From Dawidia cretensis (lineage in GTDB: Bacteria; Bacteroidota; Bacteroidia; Cytophagales; Cyclobacteriaceae): a stretch of 64,000 nucleotides of DNA. A program made the position numbers and the translations under genes. This document shows, piece after piece, positions 1-9,559 of the stretch (position 1 is its first letter; every line of letters begins with the position of its first letter). Where the stretch lies: assembly GCF_018598175.1 (NCBI RefSeq), contig NZ_JAHESE010000025.1, forward strand, positions 1 through 64,000. Reading direction: 5' to 3'. The notes under the pieces are model-generated. The model worked only from the letters and a program-made list of their open reading frames with translations, had not been told where the DNA came from and made no database searches.

Positions 1-6
1 AACAAA

Positions 7-31
7 GTAGCCGCTACTTAGTAGCGGCTAC
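7..31. terminator. Perfect hairpin: 11-bp stem gtagccgctac / gtagcggctac with a 3-nt loop. Possible rho-independent terminator for rlmF on the minus strand (CTTTGTT tail on minus) or for an off-window gene.
   Basis: Inverted repeat read directly from the sequence. It lies 170 bp downstream of the minus-strand rlmF stop. Confidence 0.4.
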
Positions 32-200
32 ACTAGATGAACGCCTGGAAAACCAGAGGTCCTCTTTAAGACGATAAAATTAGTAAAAAATCTTAACCTG
101 ACACTTGGTCCTTATGACAGTACCTTGCGCCAGATGCGACTGGTTCAAGTCTTCCGACCGAAGGGAGGGCGACTTGGACCTGTCTCTCTAATGGCAGTCT

Positions 201-1208
201 TCAGACTGGCGAGGCTCCCGCAGATGTAGTCGAAACAAGTCCCACCCATCTTGCATTGATCCAACTACGTTGCTGTTCCGGCGTGAGGAATGTCCAGGCT
301 ACGATGCGGCTTATCTTATTTCCGTGAGCCATGGGAATCGTTTTTACTTCAATAGCTTTCGCCTGTTTAAGGGCGGTATAAACGCTTTTAAGATTGGACG
401 ATTTAGAAATCAGCGTAGAAAACCAAAAAACGGACGATGAAAACTGTTTGCTTTCGCTGATCATTTTCTGTACGAACTTTTCCTCGCCGCCTTCACACCA
501 CAACTCGGTGTTCACACCGCCAAAGTTCAACGTTGGTTTAGTAATTCGTTTATTCTTCAGGTTGCTCAATTTACGAAGCGATCCTGATTGGGCTTCCTGC
601 AAGGAGGCATGAAAGGGCGGATTACAAATGGTTAAGTCAAAGTACTCATCCTTTTGAATAATGCCCCGGAAAATATCCTTTGCATGCGGTTGTAAGCGAA
701 GCTCCAGCGTCTCTTTCAGATGAAAGTTGTCCTCCACTATTTTATGAGCCGATAGAATGGCCGCCGACTCACTATCTGATCCGACAAAGGACCAGCCGTA
801 TTCCTTGTTTCCAATAATAGGATAAATACAATTTGCTCCGACGCCAACATCCAGGCATTTTACCTTGGGGCCCACTGGAACTGTTCCGCTATTGCAGCTT
901 CCTAACAGATCGGCTATATGATGCATGTAATCGGCTCTTCCCGGAACGGGGGGGCACAAATAACCCGACGGAAGATCGTAGCGATCGATGTCATAGTAAT
1001 GTTTCAACAACGCTTTATTCAGCATGATTACCGCAGCTGGATTTGAAAAGTCAATCGACTCATCCTGATACTCATTCAACCGGACGAATGGACGCAATGC
1101 AGGAAAGGTAGAAATGAGCTCGGCGAAATTATAACGCTGGCGATGCCTGTTGCGCGGATGTAAACCGGGCTTTTCGGTTGGATGTTCTTTCTTTGGTTGA
1201 TTTTTCAA
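201..1208 (-). CDS. rlmF: 23S rRNA (adenine-N6)-methyltransferase RlmF
   Basis: Translation has KPGLHPRNRH near the N-terminus, an NPPF catalytic motif and a Rossmann GVGANCIYP segment, closely resembling E. coli RlmF/YbiN. The start is a TTG that overlaps the upstream gene's stop (TTGA). Confidence 0.8.
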   Translation of the reverse strand: MKNQPKKEHPTEKPGLHPRNRHRQRYNFAELISTFPALRPFVRLNEYQDESIDFSNPAAVIMLNKALLKHYYDIDRYDLPSGYLCPPVPGRADYMHHIADLLGSCNSGTVPVGPKVKCLDVGVGANCIYPIIGNKEYGWSFVGSDSESAAILSAHKIVEDNFHLKETLELRLQPHAKDIFRGIIQKDEYFDLTICNPPFHASLQEAQSGSLRKLSNLKNKRITKPTLNFGGVNTELWCEGGEEKFVQKMISESKQFSSSVFWFSTLISKSSNLKSVYTALKQAKAIEVKTIPMAHGNKISRIVAWTFLTPEQQRSWINARWVGLVSTTSAGASPV

Positions 1209-2560
1209 AACATACCAAGATAGTCACCAATCACGTCGTATACTTCTACGGGCATCAGCTCTTTCTTTGACAGGGCCTTGTCGGTGATCAGCACAGGGCG
1301 CGCAGAGACAGGAGTATTTACGCGGCCGTGCGAGCCTTTGATGAGCGTGGCATCCAGGGGAATGACGTCCATGACGTAACGAAGCGCCGCTTTTTTACGC
1401 AGCAGCTTGTAGGCCGCGCGTAGCTTGGAGGACATAAACATCTCGACGGGGTCATAGCCGGGTTTCTTGAAGATATCGACAGACCGTGCGAAATCCGGTG
1501 CTTTGCTGTCGTCCATCCAGTAGTAATAGCAGAACCAGCTGCGAGCGTCGGCCATGAGTACCAGGTCGCCGGAGCGTTCGTGATCGATGTGGTGAGCCTT
1601 TTGTTCCTGCTTGTCCAGCACGAGCTCTACGCCGGGTATTTTTTCTACCACGCTTTTTACCTTACTGACCAATGCAGGGTCTTTGATATAAATATGCGCG
1701 ATCTGGTGATCGGCCACGGCAAAGGCTTTGGATGCCCCGGCATCGAGCAGCTCCAGGCCACGCTCGACGCGGATGCCCAGCCAGTTGTTTTCACGCAGCA
1801 CCCGGTTGATGTACACGGGGCGATCGACATTGGTAATACCATACTCGGACAGCAGCATGATGCGCGCACCGGCGTTGGTATAATGTGTTACGAGTTGTTC
1901 CACGACACGGTCTATCTCTCCCAGCTCTTTCGCGATAAGGGTGAAGTCCTGCCCGAACTTCTGCAAGCAGTAGTCGAGGTGTGGCAGGTAGATCAGCGTG
2001 AGGGTGGGGTTATATTTTTTATCGGTGATCACCGAGGCATCGGCGATCCATTGCGTGGACTTGATGTTGGCACCGGGTCCCCAGAATTGAAACAGCGGGA
2101 AGGTGCCGAGTTCTTTTTGCAATTCATCGCGCAACGCGGCCGGCTCGGAATAGCAGTCGGGCATCTTACGGCCATCGGCCAGGTAGTTGGGCCGTGGTGT
2201 TACAGCGTAATCGGCGGTGGAGTACATATTATACCACCAGAACATTTTGGAGACGGTGAAGGTAGGATCGAGGCGTTTGGCTTTGTCCCAAATCTTCTCG
2301 GCCTGCACCAGCTTGTTGGACTGTTTCCAGAACTTGATCTCCGAGTCGGTGTGATCATACCAGCCGTTGCCCACAATGCCATGCTCGCTGGGCCATTTGC
2401 CGGTCACATACGTAGACTGCACCGCTGTGGTTACCGCGGGCAGCATGGGTGCGATGGTCTGTATGAACTTGTCTTGAGTGTATTTTTTGAGGAATGGGGT
2501 GTGGTCGCCGATCAAGCCGGTAGACAACCCCACGATATCGATCACTACGGTTTTCTGCAT
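1205..2560 (-). CDS. eboF: EboF: alkaline phosphatase / nucleotide pyrophosphatase family protein of the ebo cluster
   Basis: 451-aa type I phosphodiesterase/alkaline-phosphatase-like protein. Last gene of a six-gene operon whose composition matches the ebo cluster. Confidence 0.75.
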   Translation of the reverse strand: MQKTVVIDIVGLSTGLIGDHTPFLKKYTQDKFIQTIAPMLPAVTTAVQSTYVTGKWPSEHGIVGNGWYDHTDSEIKFWKQSNKLVQAEKIWDKAKRLDPTFTVSKMFWWYNMYSTADYAVTPRPNYLADGRKMPDCYSEPAALRDELQKELGTFPLFQFWGPGANIKSTQWIADASVITDKKYNPTLTLIYLPHLDYCLQKFGQDFTLIAKELGEIDRVVEQLVTHYTNAGARIMLLSEYGITNVDRPVYINRVLRENNWLGIRVERGLELLDAGASKAFAVADHQIAHIYIKDPALVSKVKSVVEKIPGVELVLDKQEQKAHHIDHERSGDLVLMADARSWFCYYYWMDDSKAPDFARSVDIFKKPGYDPVEMFMSSKLRAAYKLLRKKAALRYVMDVIPLDATLIKGSHGRVNTPVSARPVLITDKALSKKELMPVEVYDVIGDYLGMF

Positions 2561-2575
2561 GTCTTTAGTCTTTCG

Positions 2576-3787
2576 TTATGGATGATTGATAAACCCAATC
2601 ACCCACTCCATTTCGCGTATGATGGATTCGGACAACGGGACTTTAAGTGCTTCCGGCAATACTTCCCAGGTATAGGTTTCCACTTCCAGGTGGCCTGTGA
2701 ACGGTGTCGTTCCCTGTATCTTCAGCACCTCCTGTATGTCTTCCTGCGTGGAGCGCAGCAGCCCATAGTCCTGAATGAACAGGGGTACGTGAAAGTGCGA
2801 GCGCCACGCGCGTGTATCGACGTTGTCGGCATCGGCCAGTGCTTCAGGCAGGTCGGGGTAGCGCTTGAGCGTTCCATCGTCCTGGCGGGCCACGACCTGG
2901 TGCAGGTAGGTCGATTCGTTAAACTGGCGGAATGCTTGCACTACAGCAGCGCGTTTGTCTTTGTCTGCGGGCATATCGGCTTTCAGCGCGGCGCTGATCT
3001 GGATCTTGCCGGTTTTTATTCTCTTTTCACGCAGCTGCCGTACAACGGTGGCATGGTCTTCATATCCTACAGCAAAATGGCACACGTCATAGCAGAGCTG
3101 CAGGTGGTCGCGTATGGAGGCTTCTGCCGCGGTGGCGTCCATGCCGGCGTGTTGCTGTAAATACGTCTTGCCCATCGGCAGCAGGTATTGCTCGTACCAG
3201 TCAAAAAACTCCGGACCGCTTTCCAGCAGTCCATCGGGCTCGGGCTCGATATCCAGGTGCAGCAGCTTGCCGGTGTCACGACGGATAGCCGCCAGGTGAC
3301 GAATAACCTCCAGGATCTGCCCGGTGGTCTTTTTAAAGACTTCCGAATATTGCGTAGCGGGATGCCAGTATTTATACGACAGTGGCGAAGTAGAGATGCC
3401 ACCTTCCATCCCGGTGGGTACGAGTACCTTTAGGATATCAAACAAACGTATCGTATAGGCCAGGCGTTCGGGGGTGGTCCAATCGGGCGCGTGTACCTGG
3501 TCTTTTACCTTGGTGTGGTGAAATCCTCCGTAGGGAAAACCATTCATGGTAAACACGTAACAATCTTCCTGTCGCAGCCAGTCCTGAAACGCGCGCAAGG
3601 CCTCGGGCGCTTGTAGTGTAAGGCTGGCCTGATGCGACAGGCGCAGACCGATGCCGAAGGGGGCGTCGGCGCTGATGCGTTTTTTTATGCCGGGTATATT
3701 CTGCCGGAGCGCTGCAAAGTGATCTTCCCAACTTTCGCCGGCGTGTATGTTGGTACAGTAAGTCAGATGTCCCCGGGGTGTCTGCAT
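2576..3787 (-). CDS. eboE: EboE: xylose isomerase-like TIM-barrel protein
   Basis: 403-aa sugar-phosphate isomerase/epimerase-like TIM barrel. It sits between the DHQS-like and phosphatase-like genes, as in ebo clusters. Confidence 0.75.
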   Translation of the reverse strand: MQTPRGHLTYCTNIHAGESWEDHFAALRQNIPGIKKRISADAPFGIGLRLSHQASLTLQAPEALRAFQDWLRQEDCYVFTMNGFPYGGFHHTKVKDQVHAPDWTTPERLAYTIRLFDILKVLVPTGMEGGISTSPLSYKYWHPATQYSEVFKKTTGQILEVIRHLAAIRRDTGKLLHLDIEPEPDGLLESGPEFFDWYEQYLLPMGKTYLQQHAGMDATAAEASIRDHLQLCYDVCHFAVGYEDHATVVRQLREKRIKTGKIQISAALKADMPADKDKRAAVVQAFRQFNESTYLHQVVARQDDGTLKRYPDLPEALADADNVDTRAWRSHFHVPLFIQDYGLLRSTQEDIQEVLKIQGTTPFTGHLEVETYTWEVLPEALKVPLSESIIREMEWVIGFINHP

Positions 3788-3792
3788 GGTCG

Positions 3793-4941
3793 TTACTTTT
3801 TATTCTTCAGCCATTCGCTGGCTTGTTGTATCAGAGCACCATCCATTTCGTGTACTTCTTCGCCGTGGCCGATGCCTTTGAGCAGTGTGATGGTGAGCTT
3901 GCCACCGAGGTGCTCACGAAACTCTTCGAGGCCTTTAAGCAGCGGACTGCCGGCGCCGGTCACTTCCAGTAGCGGGTGCGTAATGGGCAGGCCCAGGGTC
4001 TCAATCACCTGAAGGATCCGATCCATCGCCTCGCGGGTGAGTCGTCCGCTCAGGTGTGAGTATACCGTATCGAGGGCGATACCGATGGCGACGGCCTCGC
4101 CGTGGCGTATGTTGAACTTCGCCAGTTGCTCGAGCTTGTGCGCACTCCAGTGGCCGAAGTCGAGCGGCCGTGACGATCCCTGTTCAAACGGGTCGGCACT
4201 GCGGATGTGTTGCATGTGCAGGTCGGCGCAATGCTTCACCAGGTATTGCATAGCGGGCATATCACGCTGCGCGAGCTTCGCCGCATTGTCAACCAGCCAC
4301 TGAAAGAAAGTAGCATCCTTGATGAGCGCCACCTTGATGGCTTCGGAGATGCCCGAACGCCAGTCTACCTCCTGAAGCGTGGTCAGAAAATGATAATCGT
4401 TAAAGACGGCGACGGGTGGTGCAAACGTGCCGAGGAAATTTTTCTTGGTGTAGAAGTTGATACCGTTTTTCACCCCTACCCCCGAATCATTTTGCGACAG
4501 CACCGTCGTGGGTATGCGGATGTGGCGGATGCCCCGGTGCGATACCGCGGCTGCGTAGCCGGCAAGGTCGAGGATGGAGCCGCCGCCGATGGCAACGAGG
4601 TAGGAATGGCGGTCGATCTTATAATCGTTTACAGCGTCGACGATCTTGTAAAACAATTTCTCGTCGTTCTTGGCCGCTTCACCGCCGGGAATGATCACTA
4701 CGTCCTCCACCAGCTGCACGCCGGCTATAGTCTTGAAATAGGCCCTGATATCGTCGAGCAGGCGTGGGTGATGAGACACTACCTGGTCGTCGAGCACAAA
4801 GAGTACCTTGGGTGGTATTTCGGATCGTTTTTCAACAGTCAGAAACTCCCGGAACCCGGGATTTTCAGTGCTGAAAAGATGTGTGGTGAAAAATACTTTG
4901 TAATCAAACCGGACACTGAATGTCTGCTGCAAAAACTCCAT
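3793..4941 (-). CDS. eboD: EboD: 3-dehydroquinate synthase family protein (sugar-phosphate cyclase-like)
   Basis: GGGSILDLAGYAA glycine-rich NAD-binding motif and the overall DHQS-family pattern. Confidence 0.8.
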   Translation of the reverse strand: MEFLQQTFSVRFDYKVFFTTHLFSTENPGFREFLTVEKRSEIPPKVLFVLDDQVVSHHPRLLDDIRAYFKTIAGVQLVEDVVIIPGGEAAKNDEKLFYKIVDAVNDYKIDRHSYLVAIGGGSILDLAGYAAAVSHRGIRHIRIPTTVLSQNDSGVGVKNGINFYTKKNFLGTFAPPVAVFNDYHFLTTLQEVDWRSGISEAIKVALIKDATFFQWLVDNAAKLAQRDMPAMQYLVKHCADLHMQHIRSADPFEQGSSRPLDFGHWSAHKLEQLAKFNIRHGEAVAIGIALDTVYSHLSGRLTREAMDRILQVIETLGLPITHPLLEVTGAGSPLLKGLEEFREHLGGKLTITLLKGIGHGEEVHEMDGALIQQASEWLKNKK

Positions 4942-5035
4942 AGATAGATCCCCTCCCTAATGCGGGGGCTAAAATTAGGAAAAATCACGATCCTCGGCCC
5001 TACCGTCCATGGCAAAATCCGGCGGCTGGCAGATG

Positions 5036-5920
5036 TCAGGTGACGGCGAACAATTTGGCCATTGCAATCGATACCGGCAACAGCAAAGCAATGATGATGG
5101 CCAGTAAAATGGCCCCCGTGGCGGCAGCCCAGGCGGCATTCATAATAATCAGTGCCAGTACTCCGGCTTTGACCGCCTTGCCGATATTGGGGCCGATGGG
5201 CGCGCGATAGGCACGAACCAGCGGCGGAAAGATCAATATGATCAACAGCACCAGGAATACGAGCGCATAATAGGCATGGTTGGCGATCGACCACGTGACG
5301 ATGGCCAGAATAACAACTCCATATAACCCGCCTGCGGCGAGCATCGTATTACTTTTGCCGCCGTGTACTTCTCCCCGGCTGATCATGGTGATGGCAGCTA
5401 TATAAAGTATTGGCGCGACAGCGAGGAAGCCAAACTGTGCTATCACTTCGGGTACCAGACTCATGCCCAGCAAGAGGTCGAGTCCACGACAGAGGCCCAT
5501 GTTTACAGGGCCAAGAAAGCTGTGGTGTTTACCCCACTTGTCATACACCAACGCGGCGACGGCAATGGCCATGGCGATTGCCCCTGAAAGGGGTGAAAAC
5601 ATAAAAGCCGCTGCGATGCCTGCGAGAAGTAAGATGCTGCCCAGCAGTGCAGCTTCTGTCCCGGAGATCAACCCGCTGGGTATGGGGCGTTCCGGACGTT
5701 CCACCCGGTCGAGCGCGGCATCGAACACGTCGTTGAATACCACACCGCCACCGTATAACCCAACGGTGGAAAGTACCAACCAGTACAAGTATTGCGAAGA
5801 AGAAGGCTGTTCACCCACGACTGCAAATCCCGCGATCGCCGCACCGGCCAGAATATCCGACACAGCGGTAACAATATTGGCCGGGCGCATGAGGCGCAGA
5901 TAGCCTATGAGTTTTTTCAT
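5036..5920 (-). CDS. eboC: EboC: UbiA-family polyprenyltransferase
   Basis: Polytopic membrane protein with an NDVFD..D aspartate-rich UbiA motif. N-terminus LRLMRPANIVTA is typical of UbiA prenyltransferases. Confidence 0.85.
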   Translation of the reverse strand: MKKLIGYLRLMRPANIVTAVSDILAGAAIAGFAVVGEQPSSSQYLYWLVLSTVGLYGGGVVFNDVFDAALDRVERPERPIPSGLISGTEAALLGSILLLAGIAAAFMFSPLSGAIAMAIAVAALVYDKWGKHHSFLGPVNMGLCRGLDLLLGMSLVPEVIAQFGFLAVAPILYIAAITMISRGEVHGGKSNTMLAAGGLYGVVILAIVTWSIANHAYYALVFLVLLIILIFPPLVRAYRAPIGPNIGKAVKAGVLALIIMNAAWAAATGAILLAIIIALLLPVSIAMAKLFAVT

Positions 5921-5921
5921 G

Positions 5922-6908
5922 TTACCGGATAATGAGCGAATCTTTGTCTACACGGGGCTGCTGGCCTCCGCGCAATACCGTGTTACCCTCGAACTTCTGG
6001 CTCTGGTCGATCTGCTGCGCGCTGGTAAAATCAGCCTCGTTCAGCTGGCCGCTTTGGCCAAAGGCTGTGATGGCATTTTTGTATGTCACCAGGTGAATGG
6101 CTTCGTCGTTGATACCGTGTTGTTTCATGAGTGCCGCGGTCTTGGGCACGGCCAGCGGATCGCTGATGCCCCAGTCGGCGGCGGAGTTGATCATGATGCG
6201 GTCGGGGCCATATTTTTTCACGACCTCTACCATACGCTCGTTGCCCATCTTGGTAAAAGGGTAGATCGTAAATGCTGCCCAGAAGCCACGCTCCAGTACT
6301 TCCTGAACGGTCTCTTCATTGTTGTGATCGATGATCACCATACCGGCAGGAAGGCCACAGTCGAGCGCGATGTCCATGCTGCGTTGGGTGCCGCGCTTTT
6401 TATCGCGGTGTGGTGTATGTACCTGCACGGGCAACGATGCTTCTTTGGCAAGCAACAGTTGTGCGCGGTAGAATTTCTCCTCGGCTGCTGTCTGGTCGTC
6501 AAAGCCGATCTCCCCTACGCCCACCACACCTTCCTTGTAAATAAAAAGCGGTAGGATTTCCATGACCTGCTCGGCGAGTGGTTCATTGTTGGCTTCGCGT
6601 GAATTGAGGCCGATGGTGCAATAGTGTTTGATGCCGAACTGCGACGAGCGGAAACGCTCCCAGCCGATGAGACTGCTATAATAATCTTTAAAAGTAGCCA
6701 CTCCGGTACGCGGCTGCCCCAGCCAGAATGCGGGCTCGATCAATCCTACCACGCCGGCGTCGGCCATGGCCTGGTAGTCGTCGGTTGTGCGCGAGGTCAT
6801 GTGCACGTGCGGGTCGAAGAATTTCATGCCTTTGATGCTTTCGAGGTACAGGGGCATCTCGACGCGAGGCTCAAGATTTCTTTCGGTCAGTTCGTGGCTG
6901 CTGCACAT
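5922..6908 (-). CDS. eboB: EboB: TatD-family metal-dependent hydrolase
   Basis: FDPHVHM metal-binding start and amidohydrolase/TatD fold signatures. A 1-nt gap separates it from eboC. Confidence 0.75.
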   Translation of the reverse strand: MCSSHELTERNLEPRVEMPLYLESIKGMKFFDPHVHMTSRTTDDYQAMADAGVVGLIEPAFWLGQPRTGVATFKDYYSSLIGWERFRSSQFGIKHYCTIGLNSREANNEPLAEQVMEILPLFIYKEGVVGVGEIGFDDQTAAEEKFYRAQLLLAKEASLPVQVHTPHRDKKRGTQRSMDIALDCGLPAGMVIIDHNNEETVQEVLERGFWAAFTIYPFTKMGNERMVEVVKKYGPDRIMINSAADWGISDPLAVPKTAALMKQHGINDEAIHLVTYKNAITAFGQSGQLNEADFTSAQQIDQSQKFEGNTVLRGGQQPRVDKDSLIIR

Positions 6909-6955
6909 AGTCGTATGTTTTAAAGATTCAAAGTTCAGGATTCAGGATCGAATAT

Positions 6956-7867
6956 TCAAGGTCTCCCGGCGAGCTTATCCCACGTCATACCGCTGTCGAG
7001 GATGGCTTTGAGATCGACGGCTTTGTCCACGAGCTCACGGGCGGGTGTATAGTGGCTTTGCGCACAGGCCAGGGCCGCGGCTTCGCGCTCCGCGTTGATC
7101 TCGGAGTACGCGATGCGTTGTATGTCGGGAAAGATGCGATCGTCGATGAAGCTGCCGACGCAGCGCCACTGCATGGGAGGTACAGGCCGGTGGGCAGCCC
7201 AGCGTTCATGCGCAAAATCGGAAAGTGTATAGGCCAGTGTTTGATTGGCGCGCGCGTCGAGACCGATGATGCGGTGAATAGGTTTTTCGGTAAAGATGGC
7301 TTTCAGTACCAATTGATTCCAGGCGGGCTCGTCGAGGTTTTCGGCGGCATAGGGATTGTCGCACATGATCGACTCCAGCACATCGCCGATATTGTTGCGA
7401 ATACCTTCGGCACAACGCGCACGCCACGCGGCAGGATAGGCCAACAACGGTAACGCCGAGTATAGCGCCACCAGCTCATTCATTTCGGCGGTCGGAAAAA
7501 GATGCTCGATAGCGGCTATATACTGATCACGGTTTGTGGCGTCCAGGAAGAGCATCAGCCACACGCGACTGAGGCGGTCGATCGTCCAGTGACGGATGAT
7601 TAATCCGGGCCTGATCGTTTGCAGCGTTGTCTGTTCATCCTCGGAAAGCATCAGCGATTGTTTACCCGTCTTACGCGGCATGGCAGAAAAGCCAACGACA
7701 AATTGTTGGGTATTCGCGGGGGCTGAAACCAGCGAAGCACGTTCCTCCAACCAGGCCCATGCATCTGCGGACAACTGGCGGCGTAAATAGGTGGCCAGTG
7801 CGGCCTGCAGCTTTTTTACATCGTAGGTAAAAACACCGTGTTCTATCTTCTCTTCCTTCGCGGGCAT
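6956..7867 (-). CDS. eboA: EboA: ebo cluster first-gene hypothetical protein
   Basis: 303-aa protein with no recognisable catalytic motif. Called by position as the first gene of the eboA-F operon. Confidence 0.55.
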   Translation of the reverse strand: MPAKEEKIEHGVFTYDVKKLQAALATYLRRQLSADAWAWLEERASLVSAPANTQQFVVGFSAMPRKTGKQSLMLSEDEQTTLQTIRPGLIIRHWTIDRLSRVWLMLFLDATNRDQYIAAIEHLFPTAEMNELVALYSALPLLAYPAAWRARCAEGIRNNIGDVLESIMCDNPYAAENLDEPAWNQLVLKAIFTEKPIHRIIGLDARANQTLAYTLSDFAHERWAAHRPVPPMQWRCVGSFIDDRIFPDIQRIAYSEINAEREAAALACAQSHYTPARELVDKAVDLKAILDSGMTWDKLAGRP

Positions 7868-7956
7868 GGCGCAAAGCTAAGAAAAGACGTTCATAACAAA
7901 TACTGATAAATATCAACGTCCGGCGCTGTTTACGTAACTCGCTGGCTATCATCCAT

Positions 7957-9306
7957 TCATCGTTCTGCGTGAACAAACCATGCAATATACTCCTCCAGTT
8001 TGAACGATAGATAATACGGGAGGTTAAGGAGCAAATACTCTTTGTTATTTTGTGTTTGTATTTTATCGACGCGCAATTGCCCTGGATAGCACCTGACGGC
8101 GAAATGATGATCGACACGGTCCATAAAAAGATGAAGGGAGCGTAATGCGCCTGTCGGAGTCGATTTCACTTCCACCGGAATCAACATATCTTCAAACTTA
8201 ACGACATAATCGACTTCTGCCGCGCTCGCTGCTTTATCACGTACCCAAAAACTCAGTCCATGAAGTACTTCAAACCGCGAGGCCAGAATTTCCTGCCCAA
8301 CGATATGCTCCGCTATCATACCCTTATAAACCACTTCAAGGTCAGTAGCCCCAAGCACAGATTTCTGGAGACCTGCAAAATGGTTTAGCATGCCGGTGTC
8401 CAGAACATGAAGGCGAGGAGACTTTTTTAAATCAGGGCGGATCGGCAATTCCGTGTGGACTGTCGGATAGACCAAATTAATGAGCATCGCCTTCTCGAGT
8501 GTTCGCAAAGCCTCTCCTACTTCCCGACGGCCATACATAGAATTTCCAAAACCCTGGAATTTTATTCGCGAACCCGCCTCGATATAGACGGCTGTAATAG
8601 CGTGGCGAATGATCTGAGTTAAGTTCACATTACGCGCATACTTCTCAACGTCGTTACTATAGGATACGATGAGAGATTCGTAAATTCTCGTCAAAGCTCC
8701 AAGATCTCTATTTTCCGCATAATGACTCACAACCTGAGGCATGCCACCAATCAACGCGTAGGTATGAAAAAGCTGCAACAACTTATCATGGGCGAAGTCA
8801 TTTCGTGGCACGATGTCAAACTGGCTCGCGGCAGATGACTCGCCCATTGCACCCAGAAACTCATTGAATGACACCGGACGAATAACCAGATACTCAACAC
8901 GCCCTACCGGCATATTGACCGATTCATCCAAAACGGTTTCGAGCAGCGATCCGGCAGCAATAACATATAAATCGGGGAACTCCTCGTAGAAATACCGGAG
9001 CAGTCCGATGGCCCTGGGCTCTTCCTGAATCTCATCTATAAAAATTAGCGTATCCTTAATGCTCCGATCCTTATCCTTCAAAAAGAAGAGTGCTTCCGTG
9101 AGTCTTTCGATGTTATCAAAATCACGGAACGGCTTGGCATCTTCCGACTTCTCGAGATTCAGGTAAATAAATTGTTTGAATGATTTGGCAAAAAGCCTAA
9201 CCGCCGTAGTCTTTCCAACTTGACGAGCACCCCGTAAGATTAAAGGTTTCCGATAGGGACTCCCTTTCCAACTTCTGAGCTGATTTTGAATATTTCTAGA
9301 AAACAT
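7957..9306 (-). CDS. AAA+ ATPase, DUF4143-type (ATP-binding protein)
   Basis: Walker A GARQVGKTT, Walker B IFIDEIQ, and the C-terminal DUF4143-like region common in Bacteroidota. Confidence 0.75.
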   Translation of the reverse strand: MFSRNIQNQLRSWKGSPYRKPLILRGARQVGKTTAVRLFAKSFKQFIYLNLEKSEDAKPFRDFDNIERLTEALFFLKDKDRSIKDTLIFIDEIQEEPRAIGLLRYFYEEFPDLYVIAAGSLLETVLDESVNMPVGRVEYLVIRPVSFNEFLGAMGESSAASQFDIVPRNDFAHDKLLQLFHTYALIGGMPQVVSHYAENRDLGALTRIYESLIVSYSNDVEKYARNVNLTQIIRHAITAVYIEAGSRIKFQGFGNSMYGRREVGEALRTLEKAMLINLVYPTVHTELPIRPDLKKSPRLHVLDTGMLNHFAGLQKSVLGATDLEVVYKGMIAEHIVGQEILASRFEVLHGLSFWVRDKAASAAEVDYVVKFEDMLIPVEVKSTPTGALRSLHLFMDRVDHHFAVRCYPGQLRVDKIQTQNNKEYLLLNLPYYLSFKLEEYIAWFVHAER

Positions 9307-9317
9307 TGTTCGGAAAC

Positions 9318-9480
9318 AGGCCCAATTTTTAGAGGGATTTGTTTGGTTTTAGGCCCAAGTTATGTCATTTTTTGTTCGATTTTAGGCCCAAGTTGGTAAT
9401 TTTTTGTTCGATTTTAGGCCCAAGTTATGCCATTTTTTGTTCGGTTTTAGGCCCAAGTTGAGTCATTTTTTGTTTGGAAA
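9318..9480. repeat. Five tandem copies of a 32-33 bp direct repeat: TTTTAGGCCCAAGTT-N5/6-ATTTTTTGTTCGA
   Basis: AGGCCCAAGT recurs at 9318, 9351, 9384, 9416 and 9449. Only the 5-6 nt central core differs between copies (ATGTC / GGTAA / ATGCC / GAGTC). Confidence 0.85.
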
Positions 9481-9559
9481 TAAGGGCAATTAGCGCAATT
9501 TTTTCAAAAAAGCCCCGTATTGATTCAATTTGGCCTGCCTATTAACAAAAAGCACGACA

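Noticed and set aside
140-175. GGTTCAAGTC resembling a tRNA T-loop
   Set aside because: The flanking bases cannot form a T-stem or acceptor stem, and no cloverleaf can be folded. It falls inside the 3' end of the rlmF reading frame.
1580-3160. 526-aa plus-strand ORF antisense to eboF/eboE
   Set aside because: Lies entirely inside two well-supported minus-strand genes, has no recognisable motifs, and is a typical antisense open frame.
7671-8117. 148-aa ORF overlapping the eboA start and the DUF4143 ATPase end
   Set aside because: Overlaps two supported genes and has no motif. Likely spurious.
9318-9480. Possibility that the tandem repeat is a mini CRISPR array
   Set aside because: The unit is 32-33 bp with only a 5-6 nt variable core, so there are no spacer-length unique segments. 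No leader or cas genes are present.
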